Positions 8,113 to 17,078 of a stretch of DNA of 48,395 nt are shown here, one piece after another. The first letter of the stretch is position 1, and each line of letters starts with the position of its first letter. This DNA comes from a virus (taxonomy: Duplodnaviria > Caudoviricetes), in IMG/VR virus record IMGVR_UViG_3300035002_000017, positions 1-48,395 of that record; one strand, written 5' to 3'. Position numbers and translations under genes: made by a program. The notes beneath the pieces are model-generated. The model saw only the letters and a program-made list of their open reading frames with translations. It was not told where the DNA came from and ran no database searches.

Positions 8113-8505
8113 TCATATCCATACCTGCATCATGCTTGTAATTTTCAGGTTCCGGTTACAGGTTTTGAAATTTTCAAGCTCCATAACCCACTCTTGCACC
8201 GGCAGGTACACCTTCCTGTCGTTGTAGGCCAGTACATCCCAACCAGTGCCGCGATTTTCTTTTTTGAAAACATACCGCATTAATGCCGGATAGGGCGTGT
8301 TGGGGTCAAACGGGAGGAAGCGCGGAGAGCAATTGAATCCCAACGAATGCACCAAATCACGCATTTCCCGCCCATACCACCCCGCGCCGGGCTTCACTTT
8401 CGAAGCCGCAATAACTTCGCATAGTGGCAGTCCGGTCAAGACCGCGATCAGCCCCTCAACCTCCCGTTCTTGCGGAGCTTTGATTAATTCAACTTCGTAC
8501 ACCAT
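8113..8505 (-). CDS. Hypothetical protein, possibly degenerate C39-peptidase-like fold
   Basis: 130 aa overlapping the endolysin stop; IAVLTG...WDVLAYNDRKVYLP spacing recalls C39-like proteins but the catalytic Cys/His are absent. Confidence 0.6.
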   Translation of the reverse strand: MVYEVELIKAPQEREVEGLIAVLTGLPLCEVIAASKVKPGAGWYGREMRDLVHSLGFNCSPRFLPFDPNTPYPALMRYVFKKENRGTGWDVLAYNDRKVYLPVQEWVMELENFKTCNRNLKITSMMQVWI

Positions 8506-8989
8506 TTAGTTGAACCGTGTTATTTGTCGGATACTTCACCGACCGCGAATCTTCCACCGTTTCAGCGTACCCCACGGTCACGAAAATCTTCCCCCGCCGC
8601 GAGGCGTGATCCAAGAGTGCCACCAACTGCTTTTCGGTTTCGGCACTCACCCCGACGAAGTTCTTTTTTCGGGTGCGACCCACCAAAATGCAGCCAGACG
8701 ACGAAGCGGCGGTGTTCCCCCGGTGAAAGCGAATGCCCTCGAATGCCGGAACCCTCAGCAGCAGCGGCAACCGCCGCCCAAAGGCATTCGACCAGTTCAT
8801 AATGACTTCGTAGCGCCCGGTCGGGATGGCGGTTTGGTGCTTGACTTTCCGGCCCCAGGTCAGGGGGTTGTCGGAGACAAGACCCCGGTCGAGGTCTTCA
8901 AGCGTCTGCGAAAAGAGTTTGCCGTTCACGCTCAGCGTTCCGAGGGTTGATTCGTCGGTGAGGGTGTCCCTCAGTAGCAAGAGTTCCAT
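8489..8989 (-). CDS. DUF5675-family protein, putative endolysin
   Basis: STLGTL...TLED...TAIPTGRY...LPLL..VP.FEGIRFHRGNT...SSGCILVG; directly downstream of the holin. Confidence 0.85.
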   Translation of the reverse strand: MELLLLRDTLTDESTLGTLSVNGKLFSQTLEDLDRGLVSDNPLTWGRKVKHQTAIPTGRYEVIMNWSNAFGRRLPLLLRVPAFEGIRFHRGNTAASSSGCILVGRTRKKNFVGVSAETEKQLVALLDHASRRGKIFVTVGYAETVEDSRSVKYPTNNTVQLNGVRS

Positions 8990-8992
8990 CCG

Positions 8993-9202
8993 TCAGGGGT
9001 GTTTAGCGGGCTTCCGTCGGCGGGGGTCTTTGGCCCCAAGCAACACCACCCCGGCCCCGGCCAGGATGACCACGAGCGTTGCTTTGTCGGCGGCGGCAAT
9101 CCGGTCGGTCTGCGCCGCGTAGAGCGCCCCGGCAATCAAGGCCAGGCCGCTGAGGGTGGTTTTCAGGTTCAGGAACAGGCGTTCCAATAGGGTTGGTTTC
9201 AT
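8993..9202 (-). CDS. Holin (two TM helices)
   Basis: 69 aa, NLKTTLSGLALIAGAL...VVILAGAGVVLLGAKD, basic C-terminus; adjacent to the endolysin. Confidence 0.8.
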   Translation of the reverse strand: MKPTLLERLFLNLKTTLSGLALIAGALYAAQTDRIAAADKATLVVILAGAGVVLLGAKDPRRRKPAKHP

Positions 9203-9225
9203 GGGTGGGAGGTTTCAGGGAGGAG

Positions 9226-11787
9226 TTAAAACGCGGCCGTTGAAAGCCGGACTATCGTGCCGTTTAGTTTGATGTAGGGGATTCCGGTTGAGCCGACAAC
9301 GATTTCCTTTTCCGCTACGGCGGCATCCGTCGCGCTGGCGGGCGTGTAGCCCCGCGCCTGCACCCCCGCTACCTGACTAACCGCCGCCGTGGTGGTTGCC
9401 ACGTAGGGGCCGGGGAGCAAAGAAACCTGCGCTTCGGCCACACGGATGAAACTTGCCCCGTCCCCCGAGTAGGAGTTGGTGCCGTTGGCCGAGGCCGCAT
9501 AAATACCCGGCGCTCCGGTTGCGGGTGTCCAGCTTGTAATCGCCTCCAGCCGGACGCGATACCAGCCGCTGCCGAGGTTAACGATGTAGGGTGTGGCCGA
9601 CAAGCCCTGTGTGTTGCCCGCTGCCCCGGTCGAAAGGTTCACGAACGCGAACGGCACCACGCCCGCCTGCCAGTTAGCACCAATGCCCCCGGTGTTGATA
9701 AAAGCCCACGTCCGGCCTGTCCCCGCCTTCAGCGTGACCCAGAAATAGTATTTCGTGTTCGGCTGGTAGGCGATGTTCGCACCCGTAATGCCGTGCGTTC
9801 CTGTGGCGTTGTCCTCGGTGATTTTCCAGCCGTTTGCGCTGCCGTCGTAGAGCGTTTCGCCCGATGCCACCGCAGCCCGGATTTTCCCCCAACTGGCTGA
9901 ACTGAACGTGTTCGATTGCAGCAGTAGGTTTGTCCACTGCCCGATGGGAAGCGTCACCGGGTCGCTGATGATGGTCGAGTACACGCTTGGCGAAATGGCG
10001 GCGATGTACTGGTAGGAGGAAAGCGACGACGTGTTCTCGGTACGGTTGTTTCGGTGGAGCAGGTTGCTGTTGGAAATGTTGCTGTTCATGTCCACCCATA
10101 CGACCGAACACGAAGAAAGGGCTACGGAGTTCGTCCCGCTGTTCTGCGTCACACGGAGGTGATTGCCCGTAAGGGTCATGTTCGTATTGGCCGCCCCGGT
10201 GATGGTGTTGCGCATCCTAATCGCAACGCTTGGGTACATTCCTGCCGAACCGCCCGTTGCCCACCCCGCCGCGTAGGTCCAGTGAATGAACCGATTCGCG
10301 TCCATTGACGTGCCGACCGAGCCTTCCAGGCAGACGTGAGAATCCGCGTTGGAATCGAACTCGTTCTGCTGAATCACGTGGTTCATGCTGGTCGCATACC
10401 CCGTGATGTTGCCGCCCGCGTCGCTACTGGTTGCCTGCCGCTGGATATGAACGCCCGCCCCCAGAAACCCACTCATGGGGTTGCGCCCATTTCCGAAGAT
10501 TGAGTTGTCGATGATGCGCGTGAAGTGCGCCCCGGTCACGATGCCACCCGACGCGCAGACCCCGATTCGGCTGCGCTCAATCGAAAGCCGACAGCCATAG
10601 GAGTTCTGCCCCAACACGCCAACGCCGTCGCAAAACGTGATTTCGGATTCTTCGATGCGAATAATTGACTGGTACGAGTCGGTGTTTTGAACGCCCGCTA
10701 CGAGGATGTCCGGTCGCCAGAGTGAAGCAATGCCGTGGCCGTGTACGTCCTTGATGGTCAGTTGCCGGAACGTTGCGTACCACAGCCCTACCGTTTCAAT
10801 TGCCGCTCCCTGGGTGCCGTAGCCATACGCCTGCGCCCGCTTGATGTGAATGCCCTCAATATGGCTCATCATCTGAAACTGGTAGGGAGTCAGCGATGCT
10901 CCGTCAAGCCTTAATAGGGGCGTCCCGTCAGCGAAGGCAAACAGCAACACCGCCTTCTCCCGCCCCGCCCCGGTCAGACGCAAGCCCCGGTCGTAACCGT
11001 TGGTCTGGTAGGTCAGCGTGTAGGTAATTCGGTAGGTGCCGGGCGGAACATACAGGCTCAGAATTTTGCCGCTCGATTTGTAGGTGTCCAGCATTGCCTG
11101 GAACGCCTGCGTGTCGTCAGATACCCCGTCGCCGGTCGCTCCCGCCATTTGGGGCGTAAGCACGTCGGTTTTCCGCTCGAAATACGTCCCCGTTGGTCCG
11201 GCCCGGAAAAGCACGTTCAGCCCCGCCGTGGGGGCCGTGCCCGTCCGCCGCTCCCACACCGACCCGTCCCATTGCACCCGGCTTTCGGAGGCCGTAGTGA
11301 AGTCGGAAGCCGAGGACAAGAACCGCAGTTTGGGCGCAAGCAACCCGTCTGTTTGCCCGGCGGTGTACGCCCCGACCTGCGCGGCGGTCACCCCGTGCGG
11401 GTTGGACGTGTTGGCCGTGTGCGATGAAACCGCCGTAGCGTCTGCTTTCAGGTTCAGGGCCGCTTGTGTAGCGGTCGAAACCGGCTTGGCCGCGTCCGAT
11501 GTGTTGTCCACGCTTCCAAGCCCAAGTTGGGCTTTCGTGACCCCGTGCGGGTTGTCTGCCCGCGCTGAGTGAGCCGAAACCGCCTGACTTGCGGGTTGGT
11601 CATTGACAACAACAACCGGAAACGATCGCACCCGCACCGTGTCAGGAATCCGGGCCATGAAGGTCAGCGTCACCTGCTGAGGCCCCGGCGTGCGCAAGGT
11701 GTCCGTGCGGGGGGCGGGGAAGGTGATTTGGGTTTGGGCCTCGGCGAAAAGCGGCACAAAGCCCAGCAAAAAAAAGAAGCGCTTCAC
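9226..11787 (-). CDS. Fibre/spike protein: signal peptide, fibre repeats, pectate-lyase-like beta-helix, head-spike-fibre-like CBM
   Basis: GTG 11787 gives MKRFFFLLGFVPLFAEAQ; NPHGVTKAQLGLGSVDNTSD repeats; GATGDGVSDDTQAFQ...VPPGTY; TNLL.SNTF...W...GWYRV C-terminal domain. Confidence 0.85.
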   Translation of the reverse strand: MKRFFFLLGFVPLFAEAQTQITFPAPRTDTLRTPGPQQVTLTFMARIPDTVRVRSFPVVVVNDQPASQAVSAHSARADNPHGVTKAQLGLGSVDNTSDAAKPVSTATQAALNLKADATAVSSHTANTSNPHGVTAAQVGAYTAGQTDGLLAPKLRFLSSASDFTTASESRVQWDGSVWERRTGTAPTAGLNVLFRAGPTGTYFERKTDVLTPQMAGATGDGVSDDTQAFQAMLDTYKSSGKILSLYVPPGTYRITYTLTYQTNGYDRGLRLTGAGREKAVLLFAFADGTPLLRLDGASLTPYQFQMMSHIEGIHIKRAQAYGYGTQGAAIETVGLWYATFRQLTIKDVHGHGIASLWRPDILVAGVQNTDSYQSIIRIEESEITFCDGVGVLGQNSYGCRLSIERSRIGVCASGGIVTGAHFTRIIDNSIFGNGRNPMSGFLGAGVHIQRQATSSDAGGNITGYATSMNHVIQQNEFDSNADSHVCLEGSVGTSMDANRFIHWTYAAGWATGGSAGMYPSVAIRMRNTITGAANTNMTLTGNHLRVTQNSGTNSVALSSCSVVWVDMNSNISNSNLLHRNNRTENTSSLSSYQYIAAISPSVYSTIISDPVTLPIGQWTNLLLQSNTFSSASWGKIRAAVASGETLYDGSANGWKITEDNATGTHGITGANIAYQPNTKYYFWVTLKAGTGRTWAFINTGGIGANWQAGVVPFAFVNLSTGAAGNTQGLSATPYIVNLGSGWYRVRLEAITSWTPATGAPGIYAASANGTNSYSGDGASFIRVAEAQVSLLPGPYVATTTAAVSQVAGVQARGYTPASATDAAVAEKEIVVGSTGIPYIKLNGTIVRLSTAAF

Positions 11788-11924
11788 GTTGTTTTTTGAG
11801 TTGATTGTCATTAGTTTAGGCCCCGGAACGAAGGAACGCTCGTTGTCTTCACGCAACCTTTCAAAGCCATGTAACCGTCCGTCTTGCCAACCTACGCGGA
11901 GTGGCCTTTTCGAGACCTACTGTC

Positions 11925-11963
11925 CAAGATGCCCCACGGCCCGCGCGTGGGGCATCTTGTTTT
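11925..11963 (+). terminator. 14-bp hairpin, intrinsic-terminator-like
   Basis: CAAGATGCCCCACG / CGTGGGGCATCTTG followed by TTTT on the + strand. Confidence 0.6.
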
Positions 11964-12327
11964 ACGGCGTATCCTTGAAAACAGGCAGGTAGTAGGCTAA
12001 AACCGTCTTCGCCCCGCCCGGAAGCAAGGCCCCCACCCGCACGTAATACGTGGCCGGGGCGGGTAGGGTGTTCTGAGAATCGGGCAGGGAGTAGAAATAC
12101 TTCCTGACCCCAACCCGCACGGCAGGGCCGGTTTTGAGGGCCGTGTAGTCGGTTGGTGACTTGTGGATGCTGACCGTTACCGTCAGGCTATCCGGGTACG
12201 CATTGGGCATGGTGACCGTTGCCGTGTACGTGCGGCCCGACGGCACCGGGTCAACCGTCCCGGCAAGGGGCGGGGTTTGGGCCATCGCCAGGGCGGGGAG
12301 GAGGAGGAGGCAAAACAGGTATTTCAT
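11962..12327 (-). CDS. Signal-peptide protein with a BppU-like/Ig-like adaptor domain
   Basis: MKYLFCLLLLPALAMAQ then an all-beta domain (FYSLPDSQNTLPAPATYYVRV). Confidence 0.7.
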   Translation of the reverse strand: MKYLFCLLLLPALAMAQTPPLAGTVDPVPSGRTYTATVTMPNAYPDSLTVTVSIHKSPTDYTALKTGPAVRVGVRKYFYSLPDSQNTLPAPATYYVRVGALLPGGAKTVLAYYLPVFKDTP

Positions 12328-12356
12328 TGTGAGTTGATTGTAACTACCTTAGGGGC

Positions 12357-12683
12357 ATGGAAAACCTAATTTCAGAAATCTCGGCTACCGCTGTCAGCCA
12401 GTTTACCGCCGCCATTGATGCCGCCATCCGCACCGCGCTTTCCGAAAAAGGTTACCGGTTCGGCAGCGACATTGACCTGTTTGCTTTTTGTAAAGCCCGC
12501 GTGAGCATGGTAACTTTTGAGGATAATCACGTCTGCGAAATTTGGGTTGACCACGGCAAGCCGGGTGGGGTTTGTGTTTTAAAGTACAGCCGGGCCTTAG
12601 ATCACAAATTCACTTACCGCCCTGAAACCAACACCGTTGAGGTAACAATGTCAACCGGAGGAATCCACAGCCGCGCACGTTGA
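12357..12683 (+). CDS. Hypothetical protein inserted antisense in the fibre cluster
   Basis: 108-aa ORF exactly filling the gap between two - strand genes; visibly more AT-rich. Confidence 0.7.
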   Translation: MENLISEISATAVSQFTAAIDAAIRTALSEKGYRFGSDIDLFAFCKARVSMVTFEDNHVCEIWVDHGKPGGVCVLKYSRALDHKFTYRPETNTVEVTMSTGGIHSRAR

Positions 12684-12701
12684 TTCTGGCTTGTGCATGG
12701 C

Positions 12702-15700
12702 TCAAAGCGTCGTTTTTCCGAGATACAGATTCCGCCCGTACAGCCGAATTTGGTCATTCAGCCCCGCGTACCTCACGCGGATGTCGAGCGTCGTGCCCTG
12801 GTAGTTCCACGGGTCAATCGCCCCGACGAGGATTTTCCCGTTTTTGACCACGGCCTTCACAATCAGCCGGTCGGCAACGGCGGGAATCGAAAGGCTTGGG
12901 TTGTAAGGCGGGCCGGCTTGGTAGGGCACATACCCATCCATCATGCTGTACTTGAACCCGCCCCATTCGTTGCCCTGCTTGGTTCTACGCCACGTTGCCC
13001 CGCCGTCCAAACTGAATTCCGGGGTCACGTACTGCTGTCCGTCCCCGTCGAAAATATCCGGGTGCTGGGCAATGCGCCACAGGCCCCGCAGGTAGCGTTC
13101 TTCGGAGTTTTTCCATTCCGCCACGCGGGGGGCGTTCCAAAGGCCCGTGCCTTTCGCGCCACTGAGGTACGCCAGCGGTGCCCAGTTTTCGGCCACGTCC
13201 GGGCGGAGTTTGTAGAACTTCCACAGCCCGTCCCGGTCGGTGTCCCCCATCCCGTCTTCGTGGTAGGGGGCGTTGAGGGGCACGACCGGCTGCGGCATCG
13301 TCGCGCGGGCGTATTCCACGTTCTGCACGCTGTGGTGCGCCCATGCCCCTTGCCGCTCCCAAAGCACCTGGTAGAAGTCCCAGAAGTCGTGGGGTTTGGA
13401 GAACCCCGGCCCGTAGGCAAAGCGCGTCTTGTGGTAGCCCGTTTCGGCAAAAAAGTCCTGTCCGGCCCCCCAGGCTGAATTGTGCGAAGCCCCTTGAAAG
13501 CCCACCTTGTGCGAGGCCGGAATGTTTCCCGTCCCCCGGTACTGCTTTAAGGGGTTCAGCATCTGATCGCGCTTGACGTTCTCCCAGGTCTGCGCGTTCA
13601 CCCCCGCTTCGGTGTGGGCGCGGGCTTCCAGGTTCACCCAGAACCGCCCCGCCGCCGTGATGTCGTTGAAGTGCAACCCCCCAATGGCATCGTTCAGGAC
13701 CGACAGGCGGATGTCGGCTTCTTCGTCCGCGTTGCGCGGCGGGTAGCCAAGCCCGCCCGTCGTAGCCCCCACGTACCGCGCCCCGGCTTCGGTCTGCTGA
13801 AGCACGTTATTGCCCATCATGCGGGCGCGGCGGGTGAAGGGCACGTTAGCCCCAATGTTGGCTTTGCCCGACGCGTTCAGGCCCCCCGAAAGCAATCCGT
13901 GTTCGTCGGTGTGGGTGATGCCGTAGTCCAACACCGACAGGGCGTTTTGCGCCCCTACGCCGCCGATGAACCATTCCGACGTAAGGCCCGTCGGGAAGGT
14001 GAATTTGGGCAGCCGGGCCAAATTCAGGTTGGGGGTTTCGTTGTCGGCCCCATCAAGCTCCGCCGTTGGGGCAAGGGCCGCGGAATTGGGTTGGGCGCGG
14101 GTGAGGATGGATACGTCGCCACTTGTGCCGCCGTAGAGGGCGTTGACGGTCAAAAGCGAAGAGTTTAGCGAATCGCCACCCGAAAATTTCACCGTCGCCA
14201 TGTAGGTGCCTACCCATCCCGTTCCCACCGCACTCAGCACGACACCGTAATCCGTGCCCGTCACTGCCCCGAACGGCCCGAGCGGAGCGCCAACTACCCG
14301 CATGGATGGGACGTTGTATTCAAGGAGGTAGCCGTTGTTGAGGTTGAAGTGAACCGTATCCGGCCCCGGCGGGCTGGTGTTCGTCCACTTTCGCAGCCGT
14401 GCCACGACCGGCGTCCGCGTACCCGCGTAGTCCACCCGGATGCGGGCGGAATCCGGCCAGGCGTTAAGCAAGGTGATGTTCAGCCGTTCGGTTGCCCCCG
14501 ACGGCACCGTCACTGACTGCTCGCTACTCCACCCCGAAGCCCCCGCCGTGCTGTTGACCGCCCGGACGCGGAACGTGATGACGCTTCCCGCCGCTTCGGT
14601 CACGGCGGGTTTAATCACCCGCGCGGCGGCGGGGAGTTGCTGCGAGGGCCCGAAGGCCCCCGAACCCACCTTCCGCTGAAGCTCGAAGTAACTCACGCCC
14701 GTCCCCGTGTGCGTCCATTCCACCCGGGTTACGCCCCCGCCCGTGGTTTCGTAGGCGACGGGAAGTAGCACGGGCGGCACCGGCACCGTGGGGGCTTCCA
14801 CGGCCACGCCCGTGAAGTCGTCCACCTGCCGAAGGTTCACTTGTTGGGTGGGGCCGCTGACCGAGTTCCACGCCGTGAAGTGCGCCGAAGGGTCCGGCCC
14901 CAGCATCGTGGAATAATTGTAAGTCACCGAAGCCACCGGGGCGCGGGGCGTTACGGCGTTGTTTGGGGCCGTGCAGTACTCGGTTTTGAGTTGCTGGAGG
15001 TAGGTCGAGGTTGCCGCCCAGTTCCAGCCCGCGACGGGGGAAATGTGAATCACCCACCCGCCTTTGTCGTAGAATTTTTTGTACTGCGAATAAATGTCCG
15101 ACGCATTCTCGTAGTTCCACGGCGACGGCAGCAGCGACACGTCCTGCGGGTCAACCTCAATGGCCGAGTACTTCCCCGGCCCAAACGTCCCCGGCACCAA
15201 ATCGCCAATCAGTAGCTTGTGGTTGGGAAACTGGTGAGGGTAGTCCCCGGCCGAGGAGTACAGCCCGTCCATGTCGCGCAGCAGGTAGGCGACGTTGGCC
15301 GTACCAAGACCGATGATGAACTGGAAATTCACCCCCACGTCGGCGAAATAGCCCACGAAGGGAATGTTGGGGGCGGCGGACTTGACCCCCGCCCGCATTT
15401 CATCCAGGAAGAACTTCCACCGACCCAGCCGCCAGCGCATCCAATCCCGGCGGGGGTTGCTGTTGATGTCGAAAAAATGCGCCGGGCCGGTGTCCAGGGG
15501 CGTGACCCACCCGACGGCCGAAAACGAGGCGTGAGCCGTACCCCAGGCGCTGTTGAGGGCCGCGACGGTGCCGTACTTGGCCTCCAGCCACCCGCGCCAA
15601 TTCGTGAGCGCCGCGGCCGAAAAGTCGCTGTAATGCCCCGAAAAGGGATTGTAGGCGTAATTGAATTCCCCGCCGTTGCCCAGGGCGGGCTGCAGGCTAA

Positions 15701-17048
15701 TCAGCGTCCCGTCGTCGTGGTAGGGCTTCACTGCCGCCGCCAGCGCCGCCCAGAACGTGCGGGCTGCCGTCATCGCGACCGCCGACGAAGGCGAAGGCGC
15801 GACGTGGGCGTGGTTGACGACCCAGTTGCCTTCCCACAGGTACAAACTCCCGTCCTGGTAGCGGATGCAATCCGCATCCGGCCAATAGGCCGAATAGTCC
15901 TGCGGCGTGGCGTCGTTGTAGCGCTTGCGCACCATCAGCACGTTCACTTCCGCCTTCCAGCCCAAATCCTTGACGTACTGCAAGGCACTCAGCAGGGTAT
16001 CGAACTTATAGGCTTTGTCCGTGCCTTGTAGTTCGACCCAGCGAAGCAGGAAGTTCACCCCCGTAATGGGCTTGCCCAACAGGTTCCCCGCAATCCACGT
16101 CCTGAGGTTGCCCTCGAAGGGAATGTTGTAGAGCAGTTGCCGGGTCGGGGTGGTGACGACCACCGGCGCACTAGGAATCGTTACCTCGACGGCGGGCGAA
16201 AACGGCCCCGTCCCCCGGCTGTTCACGCCCCGCACCCGGTAATAGACCTTCGTCCCGGCGGGCAGACCCGACAGGTTGTCGGGGTAGGTCAGCGCGGCCG
16301 GGTTGTCGGTCGGCAGGATGCCCCAGGCATTGGCCCCGATGCTCCGGTGTAGCTCGTATTCGGTCGCCAGGGCCGCAACCGACCAGGACAGGTAGCTTTG
16401 CGCCCCCGATAGGTTTGCCGTCAGGGTAGGGGCAGCGGGAAGCCCCGACGGCAAATCAAAATTTGTGACGTAGCCATCAATCCGGCCCCATTGGGCGGTG
16501 CCGTCGAAATTGCGCAGGTACTCGAATTTCTTCGAAGCCGCCTTGTCCACGAAAAAGTCCCCGTGCTTGCCGGGGTCGGTCGAGTGAATCGGGGCCGCAG
16601 AAACCGCCCGGAGGCCGATTTTGGCCGCGTCAATCCGCCGCCCGTCCCCCTTCGTTGCCGGGTTGCCCGAATAAGCTTGCACCCAGCCGGGGTCGGAGTC
16701 GGATAGTTCCGGGGGCAGGTACCCACCGGGGTTTTTGTAGTTGAGGCTGGAAGTGACGTTGAGGTTGCGTATGGCCCCGTCCGCGCCGTTTCGGATGTAC
16801 TGCGACAAGTCCATCGCCCCGCCGCCGGTCAACAGCGAATCCACCCCGAACGGGTCGCGGGCGTAGAGCTTGCCGTTGGTTGCGCGGTACCAGCGGTCGT
16901 AAATTACCCCACCGACGATTTCACCCCGCGCCGTGCCGGGGTCGCCGCGCTTGACCAAAAGCTGATCCACGCGGGATTTGCCGGTGGTTTGAGCCTGCGC
17001 CCCGCACAGCGCCCCCAACCCCAACAGGAGAAAAAGGAAACGTTTCAT
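12702..17048 (-). CDS. Large signal-peptide protein: FN3 - GH42/GH14-like glycoside hydrolase - FN3 - unknown C-terminal domain
   Basis: MKRFLFLLLGLGALCGAQAQ; FN3 motifs (YYRVRGVNSRGTGPFS; FRVRAVNSTAGASGWS); WRGWLEAKYGTVAALNSAWGT...RRDWMRWR (GH42-like); LGNGGEFNY (beta-amylase-like). Confidence 0.85.
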   Translation of the reverse strand: MKRFLFLLLGLGALCGAQAQTTGKSRVDQLLVKRGDPGTARGEIVGGVIYDRWYRATNGKLYARDPFGVDSLLTGGGAMDLSQYIRNGADGAIRNLNVTSSLNYKNPGGYLPPELSDSDPGWVQAYSGNPATKGDGRRIDAAKIGLRAVSAAPIHSTDPGKHGDFFVDKAASKKFEYLRNFDGTAQWGRIDGYVTNFDLPSGLPAAPTLTANLSGAQSYLSWSVAALATEYELHRSIGANAWGILPTDNPAALTYPDNLSGLPAGTKVYYRVRGVNSRGTGPFSPAVEVTIPSAPVVVTTPTRQLLYNIPFEGNLRTWIAGNLLGKPITGVNFLLRWVELQGTDKAYKFDTLLSALQYVKDLGWKAEVNVLMVRKRYNDATPQDYSAYWPDADCIRYQDGSLYLWEGNWVVNHAHVAPSPSSAVAMTAARTFWAALAAAVKPYHDDGTLISLQPALGNGGEFNYAYNPFSGHYSDFSAAALTNWRGWLEAKYGTVAALNSAWGTAHASFSAVGWVTPLDTGPAHFFDINSNPRRDWMRWRLGRWKFFLDEMRAGVKSAAPNIPFVGYFADVGVNFQFIIGLGTANVAYLLRDMDGLYSSAGDYPHQFPNHKLLIGDLVPGTFGPGKYSAIEVDPQDVSLLPSPWNYENASDIYSQYKKFYDKGGWVIHISPVAGWNWAATSTYLQQLKTEYCTAPNNAVTPRAPVASVTYNYSTMLGPDPSAHFTAWNSVSGPTQQVNLRQVDDFTGVAVEAPTVPVPPVLLPVAYETTGGGVTRVEWTHTGTGVSYFELQRKVGSGAFGPSQQLPAAARVIKPAVTEAAGSVITFRVRAVNSTAGASGWSSEQSVTVPSGATERLNITLLNAWPDSARIRVDYAGTRTPVVARLRKWTNTSPPGPDTVHFNLNNGYLLEYNVPSMRVVGAPLGPFGAVTGTDYGVVLSAVGTGWVGTYMATVKFSGGDSLNSSLLTVNALYGGTSGDVSILTRAQPNSAALAPTAELDGADNETPNLNLARLPKFTFPTGLTSEWFIGGVGAQNALSVLDYGITHTDEHGLLSGGLNASGKANIGANVPFTRRARMMGNNVLQQTEAGARYVGATTGGLGYPPRNADEEADIRLSVLNDAIGGLHFNDITAAGRFWVNLEARAHTEAGVNAQTWENVKRDQMLNPLKQYRGTGNIPASHKVGFQGASHNSAWGAGQDFFAETGYHKTRFAYGPGFSKPHDFWDFYQVLWERQGAWAHHSVQNVEYARATMPQPVVPLNAPYHEDGMGDTDRDGLWKFYKLRPDVAENWAPLAYLSGAKGTGLWNAPRVAEWKNSEERYLRGLWRIAQHPDIFDGDGQQYVTPEFSLDGGATWRRTKQGNEWGGFKYSMMDGYVPYQAGPPYNPSLSIPAVADRLIVKAVVKNGKILVGAIDPWNYQGTTLDIRVRYAGLNDQIRLYGRNLYLGKTTL

Positions 17049-17078
17049 GGTTATTTTAGAGTTGATTGGTTATTGGAT

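Noticed and set aside
11788-11856. ORF-track N-terminal extension of the 876-aa protein
   Set aside because: GTG 11787 has the leader motif and yields a clean signal peptide; similar over-extensions were trimmed for several other genes (e.g. 30318, 33391, 33543, 39269, 26545)
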